From NCBI GenBank assembly GCA_947085855.1, contig CAMTYB010000002.1, forward strand, positions 23,278 to 87,277: a DNA stretch of 64,000 nucleotides, read 5' to 3'. Source of the DNA: an uncultured Candidatus Saccharibacteria bacterium. Its GTDB lineage: Bacteria; Patescibacteriota; Saccharimonadia; Saccharimonadales; 2-12-FULL-41-12. Below the pieces are notes generated by a model. The model searched no databases and was not told where the DNA came from. It saw only the letters and a list, made by a program, of their open reading frames with translations. Shown piece by piece: positions 22,924-31,896 of the stretch; within the stretch, counting starts at the first letter, position 1, and each line of letters opens with the position of its first letter. A program made the translations under genes and the position numbers.

Positions 22924-23202
22924 TTATTTGCGTGGTGGACGCTTTGCGCGATGACGAGTAGCATAGAGCGAAACGACTGCTACTAAGACCACTAAAATTA
23001 CCCCACCTATGACAACGCCAGCTAACGGGAACGACTGTGTCTCGGCAGGAGTAGTGAGCTGCACGGTTTCGGTAGCGACAGCTGACTGGTCGTCTGCTTT
23101 TGGTGCGTCGTTGGTAGGAGGTTGAACTGGGTTGCCATTTTGATCATGAGGATGAGTAGTGCCGTCGGCGTGAGAAATTTGCATATGCTTAAGCTTACCC
23201 AA
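22924..23202 (-). CDS. small His-rich, C-terminally membrane-anchored protein, first gene upstream of cyoA
   Basis: 92 aa. N-terminal HMQISHADGTTHPHD, Pro/Thr linker, one C-terminal TM helix followed by RHRAKRPPRK. Confidence 0.5.
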   Translation of the reverse strand: MGKLKHMQISHADGTTHPHDQNGNPVQPPTNDAPKADDQSAVATETVQLTTPAETQSFPLAGVVIGGVILVVLVAVVSLYATRHRAKRPPRK

Positions 23203-23220
23203 TTATCTTGTGACCAGCAA

Positions 23221-23772
23221 CTACTGCGTCTCTGTTTCTTGTAGGATCGTAGCTAGTTTGCGTACGGTGTTAATGTTGCGAATCGTCATATGTTTATAGA
23301 GGGGTGTGCCAATAATTTTCAACATGCCGCTACGCGTAACATTTGGTCGATCAACTTTCCACACCAAAGCTCCGTCAATGTAAAAGCAGTCATCGATGTC
23401 AGAATTGAGGGTCACGTCTTTTATGACATCGGGCGAATCATATTCTGGCCACAAAAACATGACATCGCATTTCATATCAGAATTATTCACCCACTCAGAC
23501 GACACTGCGTGCTGAATTTCGTAAATAGTTTTGGCGTCTTTGACTAGCACCTTAACGCGTAGATTAGTTCGTTTAGTGATCGCTGCTTCAATCTGCTCAG
23601 TCATGGTCGCAACAGGAGTCTTTGCAGGCGTTGTGAACACTACGTTACCAGAATTAATGTAGGTGCTAATATTCTCAAAACCGAGCTCAGCGAAGAGTTC
23701 TTTTAGGTCGGCCATGCTGACCTTGGAGTTGCCCCCGACGTTGATGCCTCTGAGTAACGTTACATATGCCAT
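23221..23772 (-). CDS. DUF1697 family protein
   Basis: MAYVTLLRGINVGGNSKVSMADLKELF is the typical DUF1697 N-terminus. The listed extension to 23868 runs across a consensus plus-strand promoter. Confidence 0.75.
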   Translation of the reverse strand: MAYVTLLRGINVGGNSKVSMADLKELFAELGFENISTYINSGNVVFTTPAKTPVATMTEQIEAAITKRTNLRVKVLVKDAKTIYEIQHAVSSEWVNNSDMKCDVMFLWPEYDSPDVIKDVTLNSDIDDCFYIDGALVWKVDRPNVTRSGMLKIIGTPLYKHMTIRNINTVRKLATILQETETQ

Positions 23773-23820
23773 GTTACTACTATAGCAAGTAAGGACAGAT
23801 GACTCTCTGTGGATAATCTG

Positions 23821-23848
23821 TTGACAAGCATAAGCGTGCCCGTATAAT
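23821..23848 (+). promoter_or_regulatory. consensus sigma70-type promoter for the secreted-protein gene
   Basis: TTGACA (23821-23826), 16-nt spacer, TATAAT (23843-23848), 40 nt upstream of ATG 23889. Confidence 0.65.
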
Positions 23849-23888
23849 CCTAAGTATATTCTCACCAAAAACTCAAAAAGGAATAAAA

Positions 23889-24752
23889 ATGAAAGTTAAA
23901 ATAAAAAATGTAATCGGTCTGACAGTTGCACTCGGGCTTTTTGTGGGCGCCTTTAGCGTATTTGCTCAGACGCAACATGCCCGCGCACAGGTCAATTGCT
24001 ACCGAAACAGTGCCGGCTTATGTATTGGCTGCCCGAGTGGCACCACTCCTAATGGCGCTGGTGGATGTCGGCCTAAAACGACTACCAAGCCGTCAACACC
24101 CGATCCGTTGCGCCTAAAGGAAGAGAGAAAGAAGCACGCCAAAGATGTTGCCGATAAGCAAAAAGACAGGGGTCAGCAGACCACTACCAACACAACACAG
24201 CAGGTGGCCCAGGAAGATAATAATGGCCAGACCGCACCTTCTCAAACGACCTCTACAGGTTATCCGGGCTCAGCAGTGGCTGGCCCACGAGGACCGTGGC
24301 CAACTCCTGCAGAGGGTGTAAAGAAGATCGAACCCAAAAAAGGCAACGTTATTGTGATTACCTACCTTGACCAGAATCGCAAAGACAGCAAGGGCAATGT
24401 CGATAAGCGTCTGGGCCTCGTCAATGTGAAAGTTGAAAAAGTAGACGGCTCAGCTAAGTGCAGTAACCGTAAGAAAGTCGGTGCTATTACTAACGGCAAA
24501 CGAGAAATCGAAAAAAATGGTAAGAAAGTGCTAGTCAAAGGTACTGCTAACTGGCGAAACTGTAACATCGGCAAGTACAAAGTGACGGCAGTCAGTCGTG
24601 ACGGCTACAAGATTAAGGGCGAAACTACTAAAGAAATTAATCTAGAAGATGATGAGACGCAGGTAGTCAAGTTTGTACTATCCAAGAACAAGCCTGCTAA
24701 GAAATCGAAAAAGACGAGCCAAGTAATGTATATTAATACGAGACGATCGTAA
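23889..24752 (+). CDS. secreted Lys-rich protein with a possible C-terminal Ig/carboxypeptidase-regulatory-like beta-sandwich
   Basis: Signal peptide (VALGLFVGAFSVFAQTQHARA), low-complexity T/Q/K linker, C-terminal GKYKVTAVSRDGYKIKGETTKEINLEDDETQVVKFVL pattern. Confidence 0.55.
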   Translation: MKVKIKNVIGLTVALGLFVGAFSVFAQTQHARAQVNCYRNSAGLCIGCPSGTTPNGAGGCRPKTTTKPSTPDPLRLKEERKKHAKDVADKQKDRGQQTTTNTTQQVAQEDNNGQTAPSQTTSTGYPGSAVAGPRGPWPTPAEGVKKIEPKKGNVIVITYLDQNRKDSKGNVDKRLGLVNVKVEKVDGSAKCSNRKKVGAITNGKREIEKNGKKVLVKGTANWRNCNIGKYKVTAVSRDGYKIKGETTKEINLEDDETQVVKFVLSKNKPAKKSKKTSQVMYINTRRS

Positions 24753-24771
24753 ATAGGGTGGAGAAAAATAA

Positions 24772-25020
24772 ATGAAAGTACAAAAACTCAAATCAGAACA
24801 GTTCGGCATCGCTCATCTTGGCCTGATACTGGTGGTAATTGTCTTGTTTGCTGTCGGTGGCGCGAGCTATCTTGTTTACCAGCGACAAAGCGATAAAAAC
24901 GATGAGACAGCTGTGCAAGTTGATGCTGACGAAGAACAAGCACAGGATGGCGAAGACGATGAGGCTAACGAGAGCGCTCAACTAGAAGAAGAGAACGAAG
25001 CAGCAGCTGAGCAGCAATAA
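24772..25020 (+). CDS. small single-pass membrane protein with acidic C-terminal tail
   Basis: 82 aa. TM helix LGLILVVIVLFAVGGASYLV followed by a D/E-rich tail. Confidence 0.5.
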   Translation: MKVQKLKSEQFGIAHLGLILVVIVLFAVGGASYLVYQRQSDKNDETAVQVDADEEQAQDGEDDEANESAQLEEENEAAAEQQ

Positions 25021-25061
25021 GACATACCATACCGAGCGCCTCTAACTACCTCTGTAATTTA

Positions 25062-25090
25062 TTGTAAAATTTGACCATCTGTGCTATAAT
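25062..25090 (+). promoter_or_regulatory. sigma70-type promoter (extended -10) for typA
   Basis: TTGTAA (25062-25067), 17-nt spacer ending in TGC, TATAAT (25085-25090). Confidence 0.6.
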
Positions 25091-25136
25091 ATAAGTATAG
25101 TATTCGCATAGATTATGCGACAAATAGAAAGCTGGT

Positions 25137-26969
25137 TTGATTGTGCCTTCAGGAGTCCAAGACCCCACTAAGATTCGTAATATCGCCGTAATTGCCCACG
25201 TGGACCACGGCAAGACTACCTTGGTTGACGGTTTGCTCAAGCAGAGTAAAACGTTTCGTGATAACCAAAGCGAAATGAGCCAAGAGCTTATCATGGATAG
25301 CGGCGACCAAGAAAAAGAACGTGGCATCACCATTACTGCCAAAGTAACGGCAGTGCAGCATGGTGATTATCGCGTTAATATTATTGATACTCCAGGTCAC
25401 GCTGACTTTTCTGGCGAAGTTGAACGAACCCTTAACCTAGCTGACGGCTGTCTGCTCATTGTTGACGCCCAAGAAGGCCCCATGCCGCAAACCAAGTTTG
25501 TGCTTGGCAAAGCCCTGGCAGCCGAGCTCAAGCCAATTGTTATTATCAATAAAATCGACAAACCAGGTTCACGTGTTGCTGAAGTCGAGAATGAACTGGC
25601 TGACCTATTCCTAGAACTAGCGGTCCATGAAGATCAGCTGCACTATCCGGTTTACTATGCCATTGGCCGCGAAGGCAAGGCTTGGGCCGCACTACCGGAT
25701 AACCCGGCTGAGTCTGGCGACTTGAATGATGTATTTGAGGCGATTATTGATCATGTTCCGGCGCCGAGTGTTGAATTGGATAAGCCATTTCAAATGTTGG
25801 TAACTGCCCTAGCTTGGGACAGCTATAAAGGTAAGTACGCGATTGGCCGTATCACCCGTGGTCACGTTAAGGCGGGACAGCAAGTAGCTCTTTGCAAAAA
25901 GGATGGCTCTATTACCAAAGCCAAAGTCGACCTGGTTTTCATGAGTCACGGTGTGAGCAAGTTTGAAGTTGTCCAGGGTGTGGCCGGCGACATTGTGCAG
26001 CTGACCGGTGTCGGTGATGCCCAGATTGGCGAAACAGTTGCCGATGCTGATCAACCAGAAGCTCTACCAGTGCTAGAAGTCGAAGCGCCAACCCTTAAAA
26101 TCTATCTTGGTCCAAACACCAGCCCGCTTAAAGGCACAGAAGGCGAATTTAATACTTCACGACAAATTGCCGAACGCCTTAAGAAAGAGCTTGAAATTAA
26201 TGTTGGCCTACGTGTTGAAGAAGAAGGAATTGGCTTTTTGGTGTCTGGCCGTGGCGAACTGCACCTAAGTGTTTTGATCGAAACCATGCGCCGCGAAGGC
26301 TACGAATTTGAAGTCGGTCGCCCACAGGTTGTCACTCGTGAAAACAATGGCGTCACCGAAGAACCAGTCGAAGAATTAATTGTTGAAGTACCGGCCGAGC
26401 ACGTTGGTACCGTGCAGCAAGAGATGGGCTCACGCCGCGCTACCTTGAAAGAGCAGTTTGCCAGCCCCAAGGGTGTCACCAAACTTATTTACGAACTACC
26501 AACCCGCAGCCTGCTTGGTGCCAAAGGCATCTTACTAACGAATACCAAGGGTACGGTCATTATGCATAGTCTCATGACCGGCTATCAGCCAGAAGGACCG
26601 GCTTTGCAGCAACTACGCAACGGTGTCTTGATTGTCTTTGAAGCCGGCACGACTACCCCGTATGCCCTGCAAAGCGCCGAAGCCCGTGGCACAATTTTTA
26701 TTGGCCCTGGCGAAAAAGTTTACGCTGGGCAAGTCATTGGCCTGAATACACGACAAGAAGACATGGAGCTGAATGTGTGCCGAGCCAAGCAGCTAACCAA
26801 TATGCGCAGCACAAGCAGCGATGGCGTGGTCCAACTGACGCCGCCGACAATCTTGAGTCTTGAACAATGCCTCGATTTCATCGAAAACGATGAATTACTA
26901 GAAGTTACGCCCCAAAATCTTCGGTTGCGTAAGCGTGAACTAGATCCAAACAAGCGCAAACGCAAATAA
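25137..26969 (+). CDS. typA: translational GTPase TypA/BipA
   Basis: IRNIAVIAHVDHGKTTL, DTPGHADF, NKIDK. 610 aa. TTG start at 25137 as listed. Confidence 0.93.
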   Translation: MIVPSGVQDPTKIRNIAVIAHVDHGKTTLVDGLLKQSKTFRDNQSEMSQELIMDSGDQEKERGITITAKVTAVQHGDYRVNIIDTPGHADFSGEVERTLNLADGCLLIVDAQEGPMPQTKFVLGKALAAELKPIVIINKIDKPGSRVAEVENELADLFLELAVHEDQLHYPVYYAIGREGKAWAALPDNPAESGDLNDVFEAIIDHVPAPSVELDKPFQMLVTALAWDSYKGKYAIGRITRGHVKAGQQVALCKKDGSITKAKVDLVFMSHGVSKFEVVQGVAGDIVQLTGVGDAQIGETVADADQPEALPVLEVEAPTLKIYLGPNTSPLKGTEGEFNTSRQIAERLKKELEINVGLRVEEEGIGFLVSGRGELHLSVLIETMRREGYEFEVGRPQVVTRENNGVTEEPVEELIVEVPAEHVGTVQQEMGSRRATLKEQFASPKGVTKLIYELPTRSLLGAKGILLTNTKGTVIMHSLMTGYQPEGPALQQLRNGVLIVFEAGTTTPYALQSAEARGTIFIGPGEKVYAGQVIGLNTRQEDMELNVCRAKQLTNMRSTSSDGVVQLTPPTILSLEQCLDFIENDELLEVTPQNLRLRKRELDPNKRKRK

Positions 26970-27045
26970 GCCGGGTTGTTGCCCTAGTTTTTCCTAAGCA
27001 GACATACTATATTAGATAGAAGTTGTTAAATGAGGGTTCTCTTGC

Positions 27046-28065
27046 ATGCCGGCTAAAAAATCGACCAAATCGAAATCATCCAACTGGCGCGATAATGCTA
27101 TCGTTGTTAGTGATCTTCAGAAGTCATACAAAAAACTAAAAGTCCTGAAAGGCATCAATTTTAGCGTTCGGCGCGGGACAGTCCTGGCTTTGCTTGGCCC
27201 TAACGGTGCCGGCAAAACTACCACAGTCCGCATCCTCAGTACGCTTTTGCGACCCGATGGCGGCACTGTGACGGTTAATGGCTACGAGATTGGTCGGCAA
27301 GATGACGAGGTTCGGTCCAGCATTGGCTTAACTGGTCAGTACGCAGCGGTTGACGAGTATCTAACTGGTCGCGAAAATCTCTACATGATTGCGCGTCTGT
27401 ACCGTATGAGTAAGTCCGAGTCAAACCAGCGTACCACCGAGCTGATTGAGCAGTTTGACTTAGTGGAGGCCTCAACTCGGCCAGTCCGTACTTATTCCGG
27501 CGGTATGCGCCGACGCTTAGATTTGGCAATGAGCTTGATTGCTACTCCAAAGATTATTTTCTTAGACGAGCCAACTACAGGTCTCGATCCGCGCAGTCGC
27601 ATGGCGATGTGGGAAATGATCAAAAAGTTGGTTAAAGGCGGTACGACCGTGCTGCTAACCACTCAGTACATGGAAGAGGCAGACCAGCTGGCTGACGAAA
27701 TCATCGTTATAGATAATGGCAAAGTTATTGCCGAAGGCACAGCCACGCAGCTAAAGGCTAAAGTTGGTTCTGATCGTCTAGAGATTACGATTGCCAAGAA
27801 AGGCGACTTCAAAGCTGCTGCCACGGTTGTAGGTAGCAAGAATCTGCAGTTGGATGAAGAGCGACGAGTCTTAAGTTTAGCCACCAAAGGTGGGGTGAAA
27901 GATTTGAAGATAGTGCTCGATAAGCTCGAAAAAGCCAAAATTGGCGTGGAAAGTGTTGAGCTACGGCGTCCGACACTTGATGACGTATTTTTGTCTCTCA
28001 CCGGACATGGTGCCTCGGCTAAATCAGACGCAACAGATGAAAAACCCAAGAAGGGAGCCAAATAA
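27046..28065 (+). CDS. ABC transporter ATP-binding protein (DrrA/ABC-2 type exporter)
   Basis: GPNGAGKTT, YSGGMRRRL, IFLDEPTTGLD. Confidence 0.9.
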   Translation: MPAKKSTKSKSSNWRDNAIVVSDLQKSYKKLKVLKGINFSVRRGTVLALLGPNGAGKTTTVRILSTLLRPDGGTVTVNGYEIGRQDDEVRSSIGLTGQYAAVDEYLTGRENLYMIARLYRMSKSESNQRTTELIEQFDLVEASTRPVRTYSGGMRRRLDLAMSLIATPKIIFLDEPTTGLDPRSRMAMWEMIKKLVKGGTTVLLTTQYMEEADQLADEIIVIDNGKVIAEGTATQLKAKVGSDRLEITIAKKGDFKAAATVVGSKNLQLDEERRVLSLATKGGVKDLKIVLDKLEKAKIGVESVELRRPTLDDVFLSLTGHGASAKSDATDEKPKKGAK

Positions 28066-28853
28066 TGAACGACTCACTAATTTCTCGTGCCTTGTGGACC
28101 ATGAGCGACACCTGGATTCTAGCCAAGCGCAGTACTTTGCATATCATTCGTAGCTTTGACCAGGTAATGTCATTGATTTTGTTCCCGATCATGTTCATGC
28201 TCTTGAACCGCTATGTGCTTGGTGGTGCTATCGATACTGGTGATGTTAGCTATGCTAACTATCTGTTTGCCGGAATTTTGGTACAGACACTGGCCTTCGG
28301 CGCTAACTATACGACAATTAACTTGGCTGTTGATATGAAAGAAGGTATTGTCGATCGTTTCCGCTCACTGCCAATGTCTAACTCGGCTTTGGTTACCGGG
28401 CATATTGCCTCTGACTTGGTGCGCAACATCATCTCGGGAGCAATCATCATTGCAGTTGGTTTTGCGGTTGGCTTTCGGCCAAACGCCAGTTTTGGCGACT
28501 GGCTCCTGGTTATTGGCATGGCAATTTTGTTCACGCTGGCAATCTCTTGGCTATCTGCCATTCTTGGACTCCTCGTCAAGAGTCTCGAAGCTGCCCAATG
28601 GGTTGGCTTTGTCTTGATTTTCCCACTGACGTTCATTTCGAGTGCTTTTGTGCCGACCGATACAATGCCACCGGTGTTGCAGGCGTTTGCTGAGAATCAG
28701 CCAATTACACACGTTATCAATGCAATGCGCTCCTGGTTAGTCGGCACCCCAATGGGTGATTCAGCGTGGTTAGCCTTAATTTGGAACGTCGCCATCATTG
28801 TGGTGTCGGTGCCAATCACAACCTGGCTCTTCCGTCGCCGAGCTGCTCAATAA
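28065..28853 (+). CDS. ABC-2 type transporter permease
   Basis: 262-aa six-TM protein. Its start overlaps the ATPase stop by 1 nt. Confidence 0.85.
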   Translation: MNDSLISRALWTMSDTWILAKRSTLHIIRSFDQVMSLILFPIMFMLLNRYVLGGAIDTGDVSYANYLFAGILVQTLAFGANYTTINLAVDMKEGIVDRFRSLPMSNSALVTGHIASDLVRNIISGAIIIAVGFAVGFRPNASFGDWLLVIGMAILFTLAISWLSAILGLLVKSLEAAQWVGFVLIFPLTFISSAFVPTDTMPPVLQAFAENQPITHVINAMRSWLVGTPMGDSAWLALIWNVAIIVVSVPITTWLFRRRAAQ

Positions 28854-28857
28854 ATTG

Positions 28858-30012
28858 ATGAAAAAAATAGCCGGAGTATCACTGCCTCGTTTACCAAAAT
28901 GGCTGGTCATTACAGTAATCGTACTGATTGTAGTATTTATCGGCGCATATAGTGCAATTGGTTGGCATTTTTCTAATAAGCTTCTCGTGGTAAAGCCGCA
29001 GACAGTTGACTACGATCAAACTGTTCTCACAGCAAGCAATGGTAAATACACCCTTACCGGTAGTGCCTACAATATTGAGGGTGTAGTGGGCGGCATTCGT
29101 CCCGACGGTAGCTTTATAGGCATCTTTAATCATCCCGATGCCACGTTTGACGTCAACCAGTCTTCGACACGTCAATTACTGGAACCAAAAGGCACTTTGC
29201 CCAAGGCCGGCGACAAAGTTTCACTGCAAGGCAACATCTGGAAAACTGATCCTAAGCAAGCCCTCGACATAGATTTTGAAACAGTTAAATACGATAGTCC
29301 GGTCGGTGCGCTGGAAGCCTGGGTTATTCCGGGCGAAAAGACTAGCACATGGACCGTTGCTGTTCATGGAATCGGTGGGCAAAAGCAAGAGATGTTACGT
29401 TTTGTAAAACCAGTGCATGAGACTGGCAACACGATGATGGTGATTAACTATCGCGGCGACACCAATAACCCAGCTTCGCCAGACGGCTATACACATATCG
29501 GTGATACCGAATGGCAAGATGTTGAGGCAGCAGTTCGTTACGCAAAAGCCAATGGTGCCACCGATATCCAGCTCTATGCCAGCTCGATGGGCGGGTCGCT
29601 TGCCCAAAATTATCTGCGACGCTCAGATGAAGCAAAGAACACCACGATCTCTAAAGTCATACTCGACTCACCAGCCCTAGACTGGAACGAAATCTTGAAA
29701 TACCGCGTCACCAAAATGGGGCTACCAGCTTTTATCAGTAAGCCGGGTATGCAAGTTGCTGGTTGGCGAGCTAACATTGATTTTGATCGTGTTTCCACGC
29801 AGCCGGGTAGCATACGGCATCCAACCTTAATTATCCATAATGCCGATGACACGTCGGTGCCGCAAGCAGCCAGTAAACGCGTTGCCGAAGCCCAGCCAAA
29901 CCTCGTAACCTTTGTTGACTTTGGTAAGGGTGGCCACATCCGAGCCTGGAATCACGATAGTGCTCGCTACGAGACGCTGGTGACGGACTTTTTGAAAAAC
30001 CCAGCAAATTAA
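28858..30012 (+). CDS. membrane-anchored alpha/beta hydrolase
   Basis: N-terminal TM (WLVITVIVLIVVFIGAY), HGIGG oxyanion motif, nucleophile elbow YASSMGGS. ATG 28858 is preferred over the listed 28798, which overlaps the permease gene. Confidence 0.7.
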   Translation: MKKIAGVSLPRLPKWLVITVIVLIVVFIGAYSAIGWHFSNKLLVVKPQTVDYDQTVLTASNGKYTLTGSAYNIEGVVGGIRPDGSFIGIFNHPDATFDVNQSSTRQLLEPKGTLPKAGDKVSLQGNIWKTDPKQALDIDFETVKYDSPVGALEAWVIPGEKTSTWTVAVHGIGGQKQEMLRFVKPVHETGNTMMVINYRGDTNNPASPDGYTHIGDTEWQDVEAAVRYAKANGATDIQLYASSMGGSLAQNYLRRSDEAKNTTISKVILDSPALDWNEILKYRVTKMGLPAFISKPGMQVAGWRANIDFDRVSTQPGSIRHPTLIIHNADDTSVPQAASKRVAEAQPNLVTFVDFGKGGHIRAWNHDSARYETLVTDFLKNPAN

Positions 30013-30039
30013 AGCATAATAATTTACAAAGCAACATTA

Positions 30040-30068
30040 TTGACGAAGATACACAAAAGATGTAATAT
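30040..30068 (+). promoter_or_regulatory. sigma70-type promoter (extended -10)
   Basis: TTGACG (30040-30045), 17-nt spacer ending in TG, TAATAT (30063-30068), 9 nt before ATG 30078 (near-leaderless). Confidence 0.5.
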
Positions 30069-30077
30069 ACATCTACT

Positions 30078-30785
30078 ATGTTGTTGTCAGATCACAAAAA
30101 AGCAACTGAAATCGATCATCAGATTCAAGCATTACATGCGCAGCTGACATCTCTTTATGAAACCAAACTCACATTGCAAAATAACACTGTAGAGCAACCA
30201 CACCAAACCACTATGAACACCGCCGATTGGCAGGTTATTGTCTATGCCCAGCTCAAGGCACAATGGGCAGTCAAAGGTGTTAAGGTGCCCAGTCTTGCCT
30301 CGCTTCGCTCAAAGCTTCAAAAAGCTCAACGTATCTTGGCCGATATCAATGCCGAACAAACCTACGCTGGCATGTTTGACGTAATGCTTGTGCCACCGAC
30401 GTCTGTATACGGCGATGCGCAGATTGTTCGCGACCAGGGCGCCGAACGAACTGCATCCAATGGTAAAAACTGGAAACTCTTTGTTGTCTATCAGCCAAAG
30501 CAAGGTTTAGTAATTGCTGACCAAGTTAGCTTTATAGAAGCTGGCCAGATGAAAATTGCTGACTACGCTATGCCTGGTCTAACTCTATCTCAATACGAAG
30601 TCTTTACGCAGCTTAAGCAAGATGTTTGCGATGAGGGCAGCTGGAGTGTGTTACCAGCCGAGATGCGCGCACCGTTTACTGTGTTGTGCGTTGGCTATAT
30701 TGGTGATGCCTATCACGCTGTGGCCGATGACACGCGAAGTTTAATTGGTGATAATCGCTTCCGACCAGCACTCGAGGTGAAATAG
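30078..30785 (+). CDS. hypothetical protein
   Basis: 235-aa ORF behind a good promoter. No motif recognised. Confidence 0.6.
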   Translation: MLLSDHKKATEIDHQIQALHAQLTSLYETKLTLQNNTVEQPHQTTMNTADWQVIVYAQLKAQWAVKGVKVPSLASLRSKLQKAQRILADINAEQTYAGMFDVMLVPPTSVYGDAQIVRDQGAERTASNGKNWKLFVVYQPKQGLVIADQVSFIEAGQMKIADYAMPGLTLSQYEVFTQLKQDVCDEGSWSVLPAEMRAPFTVLCVGYIGDAYHAVADDTRSLIGDNRFRPALEVK

Positions 30786-30787
30786 GT

Positions 30788-31135
30788 ATGAAAAACGACA
30801 CTATCCAAGGCATTGTTTTCGACAAACATCGCACGATTACGTTTCGGGATCCACCCAAGAATTTTGAGAAAGTACCGTATTATTTTGGTCGTCTCAAGCA
30901 CCAACTAAAGAACTATGCCAAGCAGCAATCGGCCAAGCGTCACAAGACTACGTTTAGCACTGACTTGCTACCTGCGCAAAAGCAAACGACAGCTAACACT
31001 GTAAAAGCGCAAACAGTAGCAGTATCTTATTCGGCTACAACTGGTTCAGGTGTCGTAGTTTCAGATTTTACGACAGGAGCTGAAACAGCTGGTGCAGGTG
31101 CACGCCGCTCAACTACACGAGTTGTATTGCGATAG
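30788..31135 (+). CDS. hypothetical basic protein (3' end uncertain)
   Basis: Starts 2 nt after the previous stop. The last 109 nt overlap the convergent gene 31027..31458, so the C-terminus may be read-through. Confidence 0.4.
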   Translation: MKNDTIQGIVFDKHRTITFRDPPKNFEKVPYYFGRLKHQLKNYAKQQSAKRHKTTFSTDLLPAQKQTTANTVKAQTVAVSYSATTGSGVVVSDFTTGAETAGAGARRSTTRVVLR

Positions 31136-31458
31136 CTCTTTGGCGTCTTGTCTTCGAGGATGGTTCCGTAGTGCTGTTCGATTGAAGCCAAGTGCTTGCT
31201 GGCTTGTTCGCTAACTTCTACGAGGATCAGTGAGTTTTCAGAGATGCGCTTGTTGAGCTCAGAGGCGTCCTCGGCCATTTTTTGGAGGTTCTTGCGGAAC
31301 TCAACGATGCTCGGAGAGCTGATAGTGTTTTCGTGCTTAGAAACAATTGACTGTAGTTTTTGCAGTGCTGGAGCGATAGTTGCAACTTCGGTAGCAATGT
31401 TGCGGATCTGATCGTGAACTTCGCTTTGCGGTTTGTCTTCTACTTTATAAACAATCAT
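31027..31458 (-). CDS. small helical protein, paralog B of a tandem pair, with disordered Pro/Thr tail
   Basis: MIVYKVEDKPQSE.., SSPSIVEFRKNLQKM, VEVSEQASKHLASIEQHYG align to the neighbouring ORF. Confidence 0.65.
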   Translation of the reverse strand: MIVYKVEDKPQSEVHDQIRNIATEVATIAPALQKLQSIVSKHENTISSPSIVEFRKNLQKMAEDASELNKRISENSLILVEVSEQASKHLASIEQHYGTILEDKTPKSYRNTTRVVERRAPAPAVSAPVVKSETTTPEPVVAE

Positions 31459-31469
31459 CGTCTAACTCC

Positions 31470-31811
31470 TTAGTATTGGTACCGATTTGGCTTAGTAGCA
31501 TGTTTCTCGAGCGTATTGCTAAAGTGGTCTTCGATGGCGAGTAGTTGCTTACTGGCTTGCTCGCTGATAACAACGAGTTTACGTGAATTATCTACGATGT
31601 TGCCAGACAGCTCCATGGCCTGCACGATCATGGTCTTTAATTCTTTGCGGAAGTTATTGATAGTAGGTGAGCTGAGGGCTTCTTCTTGTTGGTTCACAAC
31701 ATCGAGCATAATTTCATAAGTGGTGACGATTTCGCGCAGGACAGCGTCCATATCTTTGATATGGGCAGTAGCTGCACTATTTGGCTTTTGGTCAATTTTA
31801 TACTCGATCAT
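31470..31811 (-). CDS. small helical protein, paralog A of a tandem pair
   Basis: MIEYKIDQKPNSA.., SSPTINNFRKELKTM, VVISEQASKQLLAIEDHFS align to ORF 31027..31458. Confidence 0.65.
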   Translation of the reverse strand: MIEYKIDQKPNSAATAHIKDMDAVLREIVTTYEIMLDVVNQQEEALSSPTINNFRKELKTMIVQAMELSGNIVDNSRKLVVISEQASKQLLAIEDHFSNTLEKHATKPNRYQY

Positions 31812-31896
31812 TCAGAAACACTCCGATTTAATACATATATTAACACAAACTGATCTGAAAGTAAATAAAATTGTAAAGTATATTGCGTCGTAAGTT

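Noticed and set aside
22924-23202. Sortase substrate (FPLAG followed by a TM helix and a basic tail resembles an LPxTG sorting signal)
   Set aside because: There is no N-terminal signal peptide, and the motif deviates at two of the conserved positions. A plain tail-anchored protein is more likely.
24772-25020. Type IV prepilin (short charged leader followed by a hydrophobic helix)
   Set aside because: There is no G-F/M-T-L-x-E cleavage/processing motif and no Glu at +5.
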